NCBI RefSeq assembly: GCF_046119375.1
Contig: NW_027362764.1
Span: 799,118,001 to 799,182,000 of the forward strand
Source: Phyllobates terribilis
Lineage: Eukaryota
DNA length: 64,000 nucleotides
Direction: 5' to 3'
In this document: positions 35,850 to 50,200 of the stretch, one piece after another
Layout of the letters: each line of letters starts with the position of its first letter
Numbering within the stretch: the stretch's first letter is position 1
The notes under the pieces: model-generated
What the model was told of the DNA's origin: nothing
What the model saw: the letters and a program-made list of their open reading frames with translations, nothing else
Database searches by the model: none
Program-made: the position numbers and the translations under genes

Positions 35850-37450
35850 TATAGTTTCCAAAATGGGGACACTTGTGGTGGAGCTCCACTGTTTAGGCAC
35901 ATCACGGGCTCTCCAAACGCGACATGGTGTCCGCTAACAAATTGAATGGAAAATCGGCTCAAATTGTTAGCGGACGCCATGTTGCGTTTGGAGAGCCCCT
36001 GTGTGCCCAAACTTTGGAGCTCCCCCACAAGTGACCCCATTTTGGAAACTAGACCCCCCAAGGCACCTTTCTAGATGCATAGTGAGCACTTGGAACCCCC
36101 AGGTGCTTCACAAATTGATTCGTAAAAATGAAAAAGTGAAAAAAAAAACACTTTCATTTTTATGAATCAATTTGTGAAGCACCTGGGGTTCCAAGTGCTC
36201 ACTATGAATCTAGATAGGTGCCTTGGGGGGTCTAGTTTCCAAAATGGGGTCACTTGTGGGGGAGCTCCAATGTTTGGGCACACAGGGACTCTCTAAATGC
36301 AACATGGTATCCGCTAACAAATTGAATGGAAAATCGGCTCAAATTGTTAGCGGACACCACATTGCGTTTGGAGAGCCCCTCTGTGCCCAAACTTTGGAGC
36401 TCCTCCACAAGTGACCCCATTTTGGAAACTAGACCCCCCAAGGCACCTATCTAGATGCATAGTGAGCACTTGGAACCCCTAGGTGCTTCACAAATTGATT
36501 CGTAAAAATGAAAAAGTGTTTTTTTTTTCACTTTTTCATTATTACGAATCAATTTATGAAGCACCTGGGGGTTCCAAGTGCTCACTATGCATCTAGATAG
36601 GTGCCTTGGGGGGTCTAGTTTCCAAAATGGGGTCACTTGTGGGGGAGCTCCAATGTTTGGGCACACAGCAGCTCTCCAAACGCAACATGGTGTCGCTAAC
36701 AATTTGAGCCAATTTTGCGTTAAATTTGTTAGCGGACACCATGTTGCATTTAGAGAGCCGCTGTGTGCCCAAATATTGGAGCTCCCCCACAAGTGACCCC
36801 ATTTTGGAAACTAGACCCCCCAAGGCACCTATCTAGATGCATAGTGAGCACTTGGAACCCTCAGGTGCTTCACAAATTGATTCATACAAATGAAAAAGTG
36901 TTTTTTTTTTCACTTTTTCATTGTTACGAATCAATTTGTGAAGCACCTGGGGGTTCCAAGTGCTCACTATGCATCTAGATAGGTGCCTTGGGGGGTCTAG
37001 TTTCCAAAATGGGGTCACTTGTGGGGGAGCTCCAATGTTTGGGCACACAGGGACTCTCTAAATGCAACATGGTGTCCTCTAACAAATTTAACGGAAAATC
37101 GGCTCAAATTGTTAGCGACACCATGTTGCGTTTGGAGAGCCGCTGTGTGCCCAAACATTGGAGCTCCCCCACAAGTGACCCCATTTTGGAAACTAGACCC
37201 CCCAAGGCACCTATCTAGATGCATTGTGAGCACTTGGAACCCTCAGGTGCTTCACAAATTGATTCATAAAAATGAAAAAGTGTTTTTTTTTTTCACTTTT
37301 TCATTGTTACGAATCAATTTGTGAAGCACCTGGGGGTTCCAAGTGCTCACTATGCATCTAGAAAGGTGCCTTGGGGGGTCTAGTTTCCAAAATGGGGTCA
37401 CTTGTGGGGGAGCTCCAAAGTTTGGGCACAGAGGGGCTCTCCAAACACAA
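35850..37450. repeat. About 382-bp tandem repeat made of alternately inverted halves of about 190 bp (four units)
   Basis: TTCCAAAATGGGG at 35856, 36237, 36620, 37002 and 37385, with its reverse complement in between. Confidence 0.9.
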
Positions 37451-38589
37451 CATGGCGTCCGCTAATTATTCAAGCAAATTTTACAATCAAAAAGTCAAAT
37501 AGCGCTCCTTCCCTTCCGAGCCCTGTCGTGCGCCCAAACAGTATTTTTTCCCCAAATATTGGGTATCTGCGTGCCCAGGGGAAATTGCACAACAAATTTT
37601 GGGGTCCATTTTTTCTTGTTACCCCTGTGAAAATAAAAAAAATTGGGTCTAAATTAACATTTTTGTGAAAAAAGTTAAATGTTCATTTTTTTCTTCCACA
37701 TTCAAAAAATTCCTGTGAAGCACCTGAAGGGTTAATAAAGTTCTTTAATGTGGTTTTGAGTACCTTGAGGGGTGCAGTTTTTAGAATGGTGTCACTTTTG
37801 GGTATTTTCTGTCATAAAGACCTCTCAAAATGACTTCAAATGTGATGTGGTCCCTAAAAAAATGGTTTTGTAAATTTTGTTGGAAAAATGAGAAATCGCT
37901 GGTCAACTTTTAACCCTTATAGCTCCCTAACAAAAAAAAATTTTGGTTCCAAAATTGTGCTGATGTAAAGTAGACATGTGGGAAATGTTATTTATTAACT
38001 CTTTTGTGTGACATATCGCTCTGATTTCAGGGCTTAAAAATTCAAATTTTGAAAATTGCAAAATTTTCAAAATTTTCGCCAAATTTCCGTTTTTTTCACA
38101 AATAAACGCAAGTGATATCGAAGAAATTTTTCCACAATCATGAAGTACAATATGTCACGAAAAAACAATCTCAGAATCAGGGGGATCCGTTGAAGCGTTC
38201 CAGAGTAATTACCTCATAAAGTGACAGTGGTCAGAATTGTAAAAATTGGCCTGGTCATTAACGTGCAAACCACCCTCGGGGCTTAAGGGGTTAATATAAA
38301 AAATTAGTTTATTTGACAAATGCTAAAAACAGCAGGAACTAAGCACGAAGCGACTCAACCACACACTGAGGTCTGAGCTAATCTCCAGACAGACAGACAT
38401 GGATTATATACACTGACGCACCAATGAAAGCAGAGAATGACAATCACATGATGTGAGACTCATCCTGCTAGCTAAATCATCCAGATACATGATTTTGTTC
38501 CGTTTGTTTAGAGCCGCAGGAGATCTTGTTCCAAGTTTCCAAAATGTTTTCTGCAATTGGAACAAAACTTTTTCTTCATTGCAGTTTGT

Positions 38590-39400
38590 TGTGTGGCGCC
38601 CCTGCGGGTTCAGTGGCTACAGAGGTATTGAATCTCACCCAGAGGTGTGGTATCTCACTCTCAGGTAAGGAAGGCGTATGGCTCAGGACCCCGACACCTG
38701 CATCCAACACATTCCACTTCAGTGGGGGAAGGGCGAGTTTACTCCTAAGGGAGAGCACAGTCCCTGGCTGGTGGGTGGAACCATGTAGTGGGTGTGGGTG
38801 GAGGAAGTAGATCAGGGAAGCACATGAAAGGAAGTGATATAAAAGAGAGAAGCCATCTTGGAAGGACAGATCAGTCTCAGAGGGGAAGTAGTGGGAGCAG
38901 GACCTAGCCAGAGAGGCCCAAGGCTGAGGAGAGAGGAAAAGGAGAAAGGCTCCAGGAACTAAGAAGGGACCCCAGGGGTACGGGTAGTACTGGAGGCCAC
39001 CCGTATGCCCGAATCTGCCAGGAGGTGGAGGGGTCAGGTGGCACAAAGGGGACCCGTCCCTCAACTAGCAGAGGACTTTATGACTCAACTAGAAACCGGA
39101 GGCTGCAGTATTTCAAGTCCTGCAGCCAACAGTCTATATCAGTCTCACCAAGAAGGTAGCTATAGAGGACCCAGGGGACCGAGAAGACGTCGCCCAGCAA
39201 GGCCCGCAGGTACCGGATTGGGACACTAGGTATGAGGTGCAGGTAGACGGCCAGAAGGAACACACAGAAGGGGGTCCCACTATGTTCTCCAGAGGTACCT
39301 TAGGGTTGGCTGAACCCCTCCCGGAGTAAGCACAGGACGACGTGGGCAGTTACGGTGTCCGTGCTCCACACTGCGCCACCACATGGAAGGTGAGGACGGT
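38590..39400. mobile_element. Possible LTR remnant; boundaries approximate
   Basis: Begins TGTGGCGCCCC like the other LTR termini here. No matching end or TSD found. Confidence 0.3.
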
Positions 39401-39633
39401 GCAGGTGCACAGGGTTGCTCCGTGGTGGTGTCATCAGGAGCCGCTGGTAGAGGAGCAGCATCTGCCCACATTATACTCCTCTAATGCATCGCACCCATCA
39501 CCAGCCGAAACCCCCCGGTGCAATGACACAGAAGAGGCTCTATTATCAGCACCTCCCACTACAAAACATGGAGGTCGGGGAGAGGATGGCGCAGGAGCCG
39601 AAAACTGACCAATGAGAGCCAGATATAAAAACA

Positions 39634-40155
39634 GCACTAATAGTAGGGATTATAGCCACTGTGCCAATCACTAATAGAGGAAAATATCCACCGTGCCAAG
39701 TACTAATAGAGGATTATATCCAGTGTGCCAAGCACTAATAGAGGATTATAGCCACTGTGCCAAGCACTAATAGAGGATTATATCCAGTGTGCCAAGCACT
39801 AATAGAGGATTATAGCCACTGTGCCAAGCACTAATAGAGGATTATATCCAGTGTGCCAAGCACTAATAGAGGATTATAGCCACTGTGCCAAGCACTAATA
39901 GAGGATTATAGCCACTGTGCCAAGCACTAAAAGCAGGGATTTTACCCACTGTGCCAAGCACTAATAGCAGGTATTATACCCATTGTGCCAAGCACTAACA
40001 GAGGATTATATCCAGTGTGCCAAGCACTAATAGAGGATTATAGCCACTGTGCCAAGCACTAATAGCAGGGATTATACCCACTGTGCCAAGCACTAATAGC
40101 AGAGAACTATACCCACTGTGCCAAGCACTAATAGCAGGGATTATACCCACTGTGC
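39634..40155. repeat. Second copy of the 32-bp satellite, about 16 units, preceded by the same CCAAT/TATA (39609-39630)
   Basis: Same unit as 2246-4930. Confidence 0.95.
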
Positions 40156-40344
40156 TATATGCACTTTCTCACTGATTTCCCTCTGATGTCACACACCGTT
40201 TGCTCTCCAGGCCGGTGGAGGCGTCTGATCGATGATGATCTCCCAGAGATAGATCTATTTCCAGCCTGGATCTCCCGCTGTCATTATTGGAGCAGGCAGG
40301 ATCTCCAGTCTCCGAGCAGCAGCGGCGCCGAGATGAGGAGAGAA

Positions 40345-40865
<521 letters not shown>

Positions 40866-40897
40866 TTGTGTTCTCCGCTCCATCCTCACCCCCCAAA

Positions 40898-40940
40898 GGC
40901 TCTTATCAGAGCCCCCCACATGTACAGTGGAGAAGCTGTG
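40898..40940 (+). terminator. H4 copy 2 stem-loop and downstream element
   Basis: GGCTCT-TATC-AGAGCC at 40898-40913. Confidence 0.9.
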
Positions 40941-42235
40941 ATTCCTGCTGGATGAATGCAGTAATGAGGTGACGGGATCTCGGGTCTGGAGCAGGAGGCG
41001 CCGCGGTGTTAGATCCGCTCCCTGCAGCGTCAGGTGCTGGGGACGGTGGGGAGAGATCACTAATATCCGCGTCAGTGTAAAGTGCGGCCGGAGCTCCAGC
41101 CGACAGCGATCTCCTGTGCTCGGTCTGACGGATGAATCACATCGCTATAATACCGGCTGCGGGGAGGAGCGGATACCGCGCAACTAATCCGGGAATCGCA
41201 CTCCTGTGTGGAAGGAAAGCGGCCGCCGATCACCGAGCACAACCTGATCGCCCGATCTCACACCGCGTATTGCACAATCACCGGAAGAAACCAGCAGCGA
41301 TTAAGCGCGAAATTAGGAATTTAGCCAATCAGTACTAAGCATAAGTCTATTGCTCCGCCCACAGGCGGCTCCGGGTGATAGTCGCCATCCTTTAACCAAT
41401 TAGTGACTGATATTTCTCGCCGCCGTTCTCCATTATCAGTCATTCTCTATTTACCCGGAACCGGGGAGAAATCCCCACCGACCTCACTACAGACGATCAC
41501 CGAGCCCTGCGGACCAGAGAGAGGACTGGGAAGATGCGGGTCTGGAGCAGGCGCATTTCTGCAGCGTTATATTCAGCTCCTCTGAGTGCGGCAGGTGACG
41601 CACATCAAGAAACCGACAACAGACTGGGATCACCACCTGAAGGGTTAATTCTGCCTCCGCTTTGCCGGTTTCTAGCTCGGTGCTGCTCGGCTGATCCCGC
41701 TTCTCCCGCTCTTTCTCTCCATGTAATATTTGGGGTCAGGACGAGCGTTTCTCGTGCGGTTCGTCACAATCTGTAATAACCGCTGAGAGGAGGCCGCACT
41801 GGATCAGGCGCCATCATGATGACAAAGGGTTAATGGCAGAAGAGATCGCTGCGCCAGTCCGTGTCTTCCTGTAACCAGCAGAGCCTGAGGGGAGGGGGCA
41901 GGCGACGGCTCTGTGTTCCCGTATGTGATCATAGGACAGGCAAGGGTTAAGGATAAAGCCGCAGCGTCTGCACCAGGACGACAGGCAGGAAAGCAATCAG
42001 CCAGTAAAGAGTTAATGTAACGTCTTTCACGAGCAGCTGTGAAGAGGGCGGGTGGCGGTTGGGTAAGAAAGTCATCTGACCTATGTGACGTCACACGTTC
42101 CCTCCTGCAGCTGATTGGTGTGTTCTCAAGTCTGATCTCCATAGGCGGCTTCAGATCCGTCCAATGAGAGGAGAGGAGGGCGGGGCAGCAGCTTATATAA
42201 ACCTCCAGCAGCGCGGGCTCCTCACATTCTGCTGA

Positions 42236-42643
<408 letters not shown>

Positions 42644-42672
42644 GCGCTGCAGCCGATCTGTCCACAACCAAA

Positions 42673-42714
42673 GGCTCTTTTAAGAGCCACCACATCCTCC
42701 TGATAAGAGCCGGT
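42673..42714 (+). terminator. H2A copy 2 stem-loop and downstream element
   Basis: GGCTCT-TTTA-AGAGCC at 42673-42688. Confidence 0.92.
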
Positions 42715-42762
42715 GCCAGTGTGAATACTTGGTGATTCCGTGTTGTACATACTTAGTGTATA

Positions 42763-43763
42763 TAATGCTCCCCTTATGCAGCAGGTTTGGGGATACCAGG
42801 AACCGAACCTTTATGTAGGTGCTGGGGGTTGTAGTAATTGTGTGGCGGGGACCCGGTACCGTTGCTCAGGGTCTTCAAACTAAATGGCAGTATAAAGCTG
42901 AATGTCCGACTATGCAACCCGTGGATTGCGGTCAGGATGAACTGCCGCTGCAGGGTATACCGCTGGTGTTGTGGGTGCAGCAGAGGATAGTATAACTCCC
43001 CACAGGAGGAGTATAGCCTCAGGGCAGTAACTAGGGATCTTGGTGGTGATAGTGCGCGGGAGCAGCAGTAACCACACGGCGTCTGTCATGCAATTCAGAG
43101 TCTTTACTGTTGGTGGTGTTAAGGGACCCGTCCGGAATGCAGGTTAACAATGGAGGCCTGGTCAGTCTGAGAGCAAGTGGGAAATCCCGCTGGTCAGGGG
43201 GAGTTTGTAGGCCTACCGTGCAGACTTCACTCTTTCTTGGCTATCCTGCTGTAGTGTGGTGGTAGCCCACGTCTGAGTGTACCGTGTTCTCACCCGTATG
43301 ACTGGCGACTCGTGCCTTCCGTACTTCTCACCCCTCCGGGGTAGTAGTGGTCCCTCGTGTGGCTGAGCCTCCGGGCTTCCTTGGGCTATAGGACTTGAAG
43401 TCCCCTGCGTGGTGGTTTTCTGCTGCCGGGCTTATAACCCTCACAGCCTCGGACTCCAGTGTCCGCCTTTATAAGTGTCTAGGCCAGATGAGCTCTTCTA
43501 GCTCCCTGCCTAGCCTCGTGTTCCTCCTCTGCCTGCAGGTACTCCTCAGCCTGCTGCTGTCCCTATCTGCCTCTTGTCTGGAACTTGTCTCTGTCTGGTC
43601 TCTCTAACCCCGCCCCAGATCCAGTTTATAAAGGGCAGGTTTCTCCCCTCCCTGGACTGAGGCAGGAGGTGCTGCATGCTAATTGTCCCCAACCAGGGAA
43701 CCTCCCACCTGCTCTCAGACATGACATTGCTGACACTGTGGCGACCAGACCTGGGGTGTCACA
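42763..43763 (-). mobile_element. Diverged solo LTR (1001 bp) related to the Gypsy LTRs, 4-bp TSD TATA
   Basis: TAATGCTCCCC...GGGGTGTCACA; shared blocks (CTGCCGCTGCAGGG, GATAGTATAAC, GCCTCAGGGCAG, CCTCCCACCTGCTCTCAGACAT); TATA at 42759-42762 and 43764-43767. Confidence 0.88.
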
Positions 43764-46479
43764 TATACATTAGGCTCCTGCTGTAGTCGCTCCATATAGT
43801 AGAGGATCCAGCGCTCAGGGGATCAATAAGATCCCTGATATTGATCTCCTGATTCTGTGAAGTCCTTCACTTTGTTCTTGGTGGTGAGAATTTTACACAC
43901 TTTTCACATGTAATAAATGGCGCTATAATAAGAATAACATGTTTTCCCCATATAGTGTTCTTTCCCGCTGGACTTCTGTGCCATATACCCTCAATATACT
44001 GCTGTATGCCCCCATATAGCATTGTATGCCTACATATAATGCTCTTCAGCCCTGAAGGGTGGAGCCCCGCCCACGTGATGTCATCATAGGGGGTGTGTGG
44101 GCAGGTTCCCCCCTTTTGCATAAAAGACCCAGCTGAAGATGGGTCCATACTCATGTTGGAAGTTACGTATTTATATTTGTAATGTGTTTATGAACAGGCA
44201 TTGGAGTGCTTCCCTCCAGCTAAACTGAATCATCTCTGCAATCTGTATAGTAAGTTTCTTCTATTAATCCCATTTATTTTCGTGTAATTGCATATGCATT
44301 GTATTGTCTCTCTTTGTAAAACCTTTTTTTTATATTTTTCATAAACACTGCCTCCCTTTTGGATTAAATATAAAATTTAATAGTTCTGTTTCTTCTGTCC
44401 TGTAATCGTTCCTCCCCCGAAGCCAAACGCTATCAGAAAATAGGCGTCCAATCAGGCCTGTATTTCAAATCAGATCGGTGATGGCAGCGAATAATATTAA
44501 TTGGGCTATTGTGAAGCTGGCAGTGACTGTGCGGGGGCGTATACACATATTCCATGCATTGGAATTCGGAGGTGTGATGCCATACGCTCACTGCACACTT
44601 TCCGATACCTACGTAGTGAGTAATCGGGATCGTGTGCACTCGAATCCCTGACAAAGTGATGGCAGCGTCACATCCATCCCTTCACTACGACACTGAAAAT
44701 GAATCTCTCATAATTATAGGATCAATATAAACCCCAATATTCATATCTGGACAATGGAGACACAAAGGCTGGAACATTCTCAGCAAAATCCTTTGAACTC
44801 AGGATGATCCTTCCTTAGAACAAAGGAGCCCCTGCACTTCTCCGCCTCTGCGTAAACAGATCTCATTTTGATATCTGGCTCCCAGAAAAGATCTTTCCTG
44901 TTTAATTACCTGCACAATGCAGGGGGTGCTGCTTCAAAGGAGATGATGTGTTAGCTCTCTCTTTCTAACTTCCCACTTTTAATTATTTGTTCCTCTTCCC
45001 TAGGTGTAATGAATTTCCAGATGTACAATTTGAGGGGGGATGTCTCCTCCCTGGAGATGTCTTATGGGTTTTATTTTTTCTTGACATTCACATACCCATA
45101 AAAAAAATGTCTTACCTGACCGTTTTCCCTCGGTGAATAGCATCCTCATCCTCCTTCCCAGCAGTGATGTCATGTGCTGCTGCAACAGGCAAAGCGACAT
45201 CAGCTGCTGACCTCTGGTGGCTGGTACAGGTATTGTGGTGCAGCGAGCCGGTCTCTGCGCCGCGATACAACTCAATTAAATGTACATCCTTGGACGCATT
45301 CAGCTGAAAACAAGTGCTGGCATCGGAGGTCCCCTGACTCTTGGGACACAATCGTCCCAGGAGCCCAGGGGCCACACAATGGAGCCTCAGATACCACATG
45401 TGGCCCGTGAGCCACTTGTTTGAGACCCCTGATCTAGAGGCACCTTCTGTGCATTATTCTTGCATTATGGCCATCTAGCACAACCTAGTGGCTCATTGTG
45501 TGCATTGCTCATGTATTGTGGCTGTATATCACCATCCAGTAGCACATTTTGTGCACTACTCTTGTATTTTGGATGTACATCACCATTTTGTGGTACCTTG
45601 CATCCATTAACTTTGTATTGTGGCCATCTAGCACCATCTAGTGGCACCTTGTGTGCATTGCAGTCATCTAGCACCATCTAGTGGCACCTTGTGCGCATTA
45701 CTCTTGTATTGTAGCCATTAGTGATGAGTGAGCACTAAAATGCTGGAGTGCTCGTTAGTCAAATCCAGTGTCGGACTGGGGTGTCTGGGGCCCACAGGAG
45801 GAATTGATCCTCAGGGCCCACCCTACAGCAATATGCAAATACATGATAGCCGATATCCCCGTTATAGTGGAGCGTCGACTGTAAATCACAGGCGGCTCCT
45901 GCACATCTACTGTGCACACTATAATTGGGATGTACAAATACGGCAGTTTGCATTAAAGGAGTTCTTTGCTTAAAACAAGTTATCACCGATCCACAGGATC
46001 GGTGATCACTTACTGATCATTTGGGTCTGAACTTTGGTAAACGCAGCTATCGGAAGAATGGGGAAGTTTTATCCGTCAGGACACTTATCCCCATTTTAAA
46101 ATGCAGCGGCAGGTGGGACGTCTGACCGCAGCTCCATTCATTCTCTTTGGGGCTTCCAGAAAAAAGCAAGAACATCCACTGAGGGAATGAATGGATCAGT
46201 GGTCAAGTCGTATATGAGCTCCAGTCTAATGGGGATAAAAGCTCCACATTCTACCAATCGGTGCGGGTCCCAGCAGTCAGACCCCCACTAATCAATAATT
46301 TATCACTTATCCTGGGGAGAGGTGATTGCTTGTTTTCTCCGTAGAAACCCTGTAAGTGCATCTTGTTCCAAGTATTTAATCACTAATGGAAATAAAGAAT
46401 CTTCTCCCAATTAATATCAGGGAGAACAAATGACCGCCATACACAACACAATCCACTATACCAACACCAATAATACCAC

Positions 46480-47035
46480 ATACAAGGAAGAAATACTGCC
46501 ACACCATTTCTGGACTACATATTACCACCACATAGTGACTGAATAATACTACATACAAGGGAGAAATACCACCACACCATGACCAAACCACATAATACCA
46601 CCACATAGTGACTGAATAAGACCACATGCAAGGGAGAAATACCACCACACCATGACCAAACCACATATTACCAACACATAGTGACTGAATAATACTACAT
46701 ACAAGGGAGAAATACCACCACACCATGACCAGACCACATAATACCACCGCATAGTGACTGAATAAGACCACATGCAAGGGAGAAATACCACCACACCATG
46801 ACCAGACCACATATTACCAACACATAGTGACTGAATAATACTACATACAAGGGAGAAATACCACCACACCATGACCAGACCACATAATACCACCACATAG
46901 TGACTGAATAAGACCACATGCAAGGGAGAAATACCATCACACCATGACCAGACCACATATTACCACCACATAGTGACCAAATAATACCACATATTGTACA
47001 AGGGAGAAATACCACCACTCCACGACCAGACCAGA
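46480..47035. repeat. 73-bp tandem repeat, about 8 copies, alternating A/B variants
   Basis: GAGAAATACC at 46561, 46634, 46707 and onward. Confidence 0.9.
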
Positions 47036-47059
47036 TATGAACAGCATATAGCATCAAAA

Positions 47060-50000
47060 TAATTCCCCATCATTGCTCTCCCCCACCTCCTACATCATTC
47101 CTCTCTCCCATCCCAGTCATTACTCTCCCACCCCTTCCCCATCATTGTTCTACCCCATCCCATCATTGCTCTCCCCACCTCCATCATTGTCATATCTCCC
47201 CCATCTCCATCATTGTCATATTTCCCCCACCTTCATCATTGTCATATCTCCCCCATCTCCATCATTTTCATATCACCCCCACCTCCATCATTGTTCTCCC
47301 CCACCTCCATCATCACTTTCCCCCATCTCCGTCATTGCTCGCCCCCACCACCATCATTGTCATATCTCCCTCACCTCCATCATTGTCATATGTCCCCGAC
47401 CTTCATCATTGTCATATCTCCCCCATCTCAATCATTGTCATATCTCCCCCACCTCCATCATTGTTCTCCCCCACCTCTATCATTGCTCTCCCCCATCTCC
47501 ATCATTGCTCTTCCCCACCACCATAATTGTCATATCACCCCCACCTCCATCATTGCTTTCCCCCAGCTCCATCATTGCTCTCCCTTATCTCCATCACTGC
47601 TCTCCCCATCCCCATCATTGCTCTCCCCACCTCCTCCATCATTGACATCTCCCCCACCTCCATCATTGCTCCCCCCATCCCCATCATTGCTCCCCCCATC
47701 CCCATCATTGCTCTCTCTCCATCCCCATCATTGTTCTCCCCATCCCCATCATTGCTCTTCCCATCCCCATCATTGCTCCCCCCCACCTCCATCATTGCTC
47801 TCCCCCACTTCTATCATTGCTCTCCCCACCTCCTCCATCATTTCTCTCCCCCATCCCCATCATTGCTATCCCCATCATTGCTCTCCCCATCCCCATCATT
47901 GCTCCCCCATCCACATCATTGCTCTTCCCATCCCCATCATTGCTCTCCCCATCGCCATCATTGTTGTCCCCATCGTTGTTCTCCCCATCCCTATCACTGC
48001 TCTCACCATCCCTATCATTGCTCTCCCCCACCTCCATCAATGCTCTCCCCACCTCCTTCAGCAATGCTCTCCCCCACTTCCTTTATCATTACTCTCCCCA
48101 TCCCCCTCTATCATTGCTCTCCCCATCCCCATCATTGCTCTCCTCACCTCCATCATAGCTCTCCCCCACCTCCTCCATCATTGCTCTCCCCCAGCTCCCC
48201 CATAATTGCTCTCCCCATCCCCATCATTGCTCTCCCCCTCTCCATCACTGCTTTCCCCATCATTGCTCTCCCCCTCTCCATCATTGCTCTCCCCATCCTC
48301 ATCATTGCTCTTCCCCATCCAGATCATTGCTCTCCCCATCATTGCTCTCCCTCTTTCCATCATTGCTCTCCCCAACCCCATCATTGCTCTCCCCCTCACT
48401 GCTCTCCCCATCGTTGCTCTCCCCCTCTCCATCACTGCTCTCCAAATCATTGCTTTCCCCATCCACATCATTGCTCTTCCCCTCTCCATCACTGCTCTCC
48501 CCATCTTTGCTCTCCCCATCCTCATCATTGCTCTACCCCATCCCCATCATTTCTCTCCCATCCCCATTATTGCTCTCCTCATCCCCATCATTGCTCTCCC
48601 CATCCCCTTCATTGCTCTCCCCATCCTCATTATTACTCTCCCCCATCCCCATCATTGCTCTCCCCTTTTCTATCATTGCTCTACTCCACCTCCATCACTG
48701 CTCTCCCCCATCCACATCATTGCTCTCCCCCATCTCCATCATTTCTCTCCCCATCCCCATTATTGCTTTCCCCATCCCCATTATTGCTCTCCCCCTTTCC
48801 ATCATTTTTTTCCCCCTCCTCCATCATTGCTCCCCCCCTCTCCATCACTGCTCTACCCCATCCACATCATTGCTCTCCCCCATCCCCATCATTTCTCCCC
48901 CCATCCCCATTATTGCTCTCCCCAACCCCATTATTGCTCTCCCCCTTTCTATCATTTCTCTCCCCCACCTCCATCATTGCTCTCCCCCTCTCCATCACTG
49001 CTCTGCCCATCTTTGCTCTCCCCATCCCCATCATTGCTGCCCCAATCCCCATCATTGTTCTCTCCCTTTTCATCATTGTTCTCCCTCACCTCCATCACTG
49101 CTCTCCCCCTCTCTCTCCCCATAATTGTTCTCCCCATCATTGCTCTCCCATCCCCATTATTGCTCTCGCCATCTCCATCATGAATCTTCCCATCCCCATC
49201 ATTGCTCTACCCCTTTCTATCATTGCTCTCCCCCACCTCCATCAATGCTCTCCCCATCCCCATTATTGCTCTCCCAATCCCAGTTATTGCTCTCCTCATC
49301 TCCATCATTGCTCTCCCCCTCTCCATCATTGCTCTCTCCCATCCCCTTCATTGTTCTCCCCATCCCCATTATTACTCTCCCCATCCCCATCATTGCTCTC
49401 CCCCTTTCTATCATTGCTCTCCCCCACCTCCATCAATGCTCTCCCCATCCCCATCATTGCTCTCCCCATCCCCATTATAGCTCTCCCCATCCCCATCATT
49501 GCTCTCCCACTTTCTATCATTGCTCTCCCCCACCTCCATCACTGCTCTCCACATCCCCATCATTGCTCTCCCCCATCCCCATTATTGCTCTTCCCATTAC
49601 TGCTCTCCCCCACCTCCATCACTGCTCTCCCCTATCAATCACTGCTCTCCCCATCCCCATCATTGCTCTCCCCCATCCCCATCATTGCTCTCCCCCATCC
49701 CCATTATTGCTCTTCCCCATCCCCATCATTGCTCTCTCCCTTTCCATCATTGCTCTCCCAATTTTCATCATTGCTCTCCGTCACCTCCATCACTGCTCTC
49801 CCCCTCTCCATCACTACTCTCCCCATCTTTGCTCTCCCCATCTCCATCACTGCTCTCCTCATCCCCATTATTGCTCTCCCCCATCCCCATCATTGCTCTC
49901 CCAATCCTCATTATTGCTCTCCCCATCCCAATCATTGCTCTCCCCATCATTGCTCTCCTCTATTCCATCATTGCTATCCCCCACCTCCATCACTGCTCTC

Positions 50001-50200
50001 CCCCTCTCCATCACTGCTCTCCCCATCTTTGCTCTCCCCATCATTTCTCTCCCCATCTCCATCATTCCTCTCCCCATCCCCATTATTGCTCTCCCCATCT
50101 CCATCACTGCTATCCTCATCCCCATTATTGTTCTCCCCCATCCCCATTATTGCTCTCCCCATCCCCATTATTGCTCTCACCCTCTCCATCATTGTCGCCC
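47060..50200. repeat. About 3.1-kb C-rich low-complexity array (CCCCATCATTGCTCTC-type units)
   Basis: Read directly; explains the 234-894 aa stop-free ORFs. Confidence 0.95.

Larger units (their letters stand above)
33729..38290. mobile_element. Non-autonomous piggyBac-like element (4562 bp), TTAA TSD, no transposase
   Basis: TTAA|CCCCTTAA ... TTAAGGGG|TTAA (TSD 33725-33728 and 38291-38294). Confidence 0.8.

Noticed and set aside
39415-39445. CUGAUGA on the minus strand as a third hammerhead
   Set aside because: No GAAA core or flanking helices at a suitable distance.
45400-45431. GTTTGAGACCCCTG, a hAT-Charlie-like terminus
   Set aside because: No convincing matching left end or TSD found, so not listed as an element.
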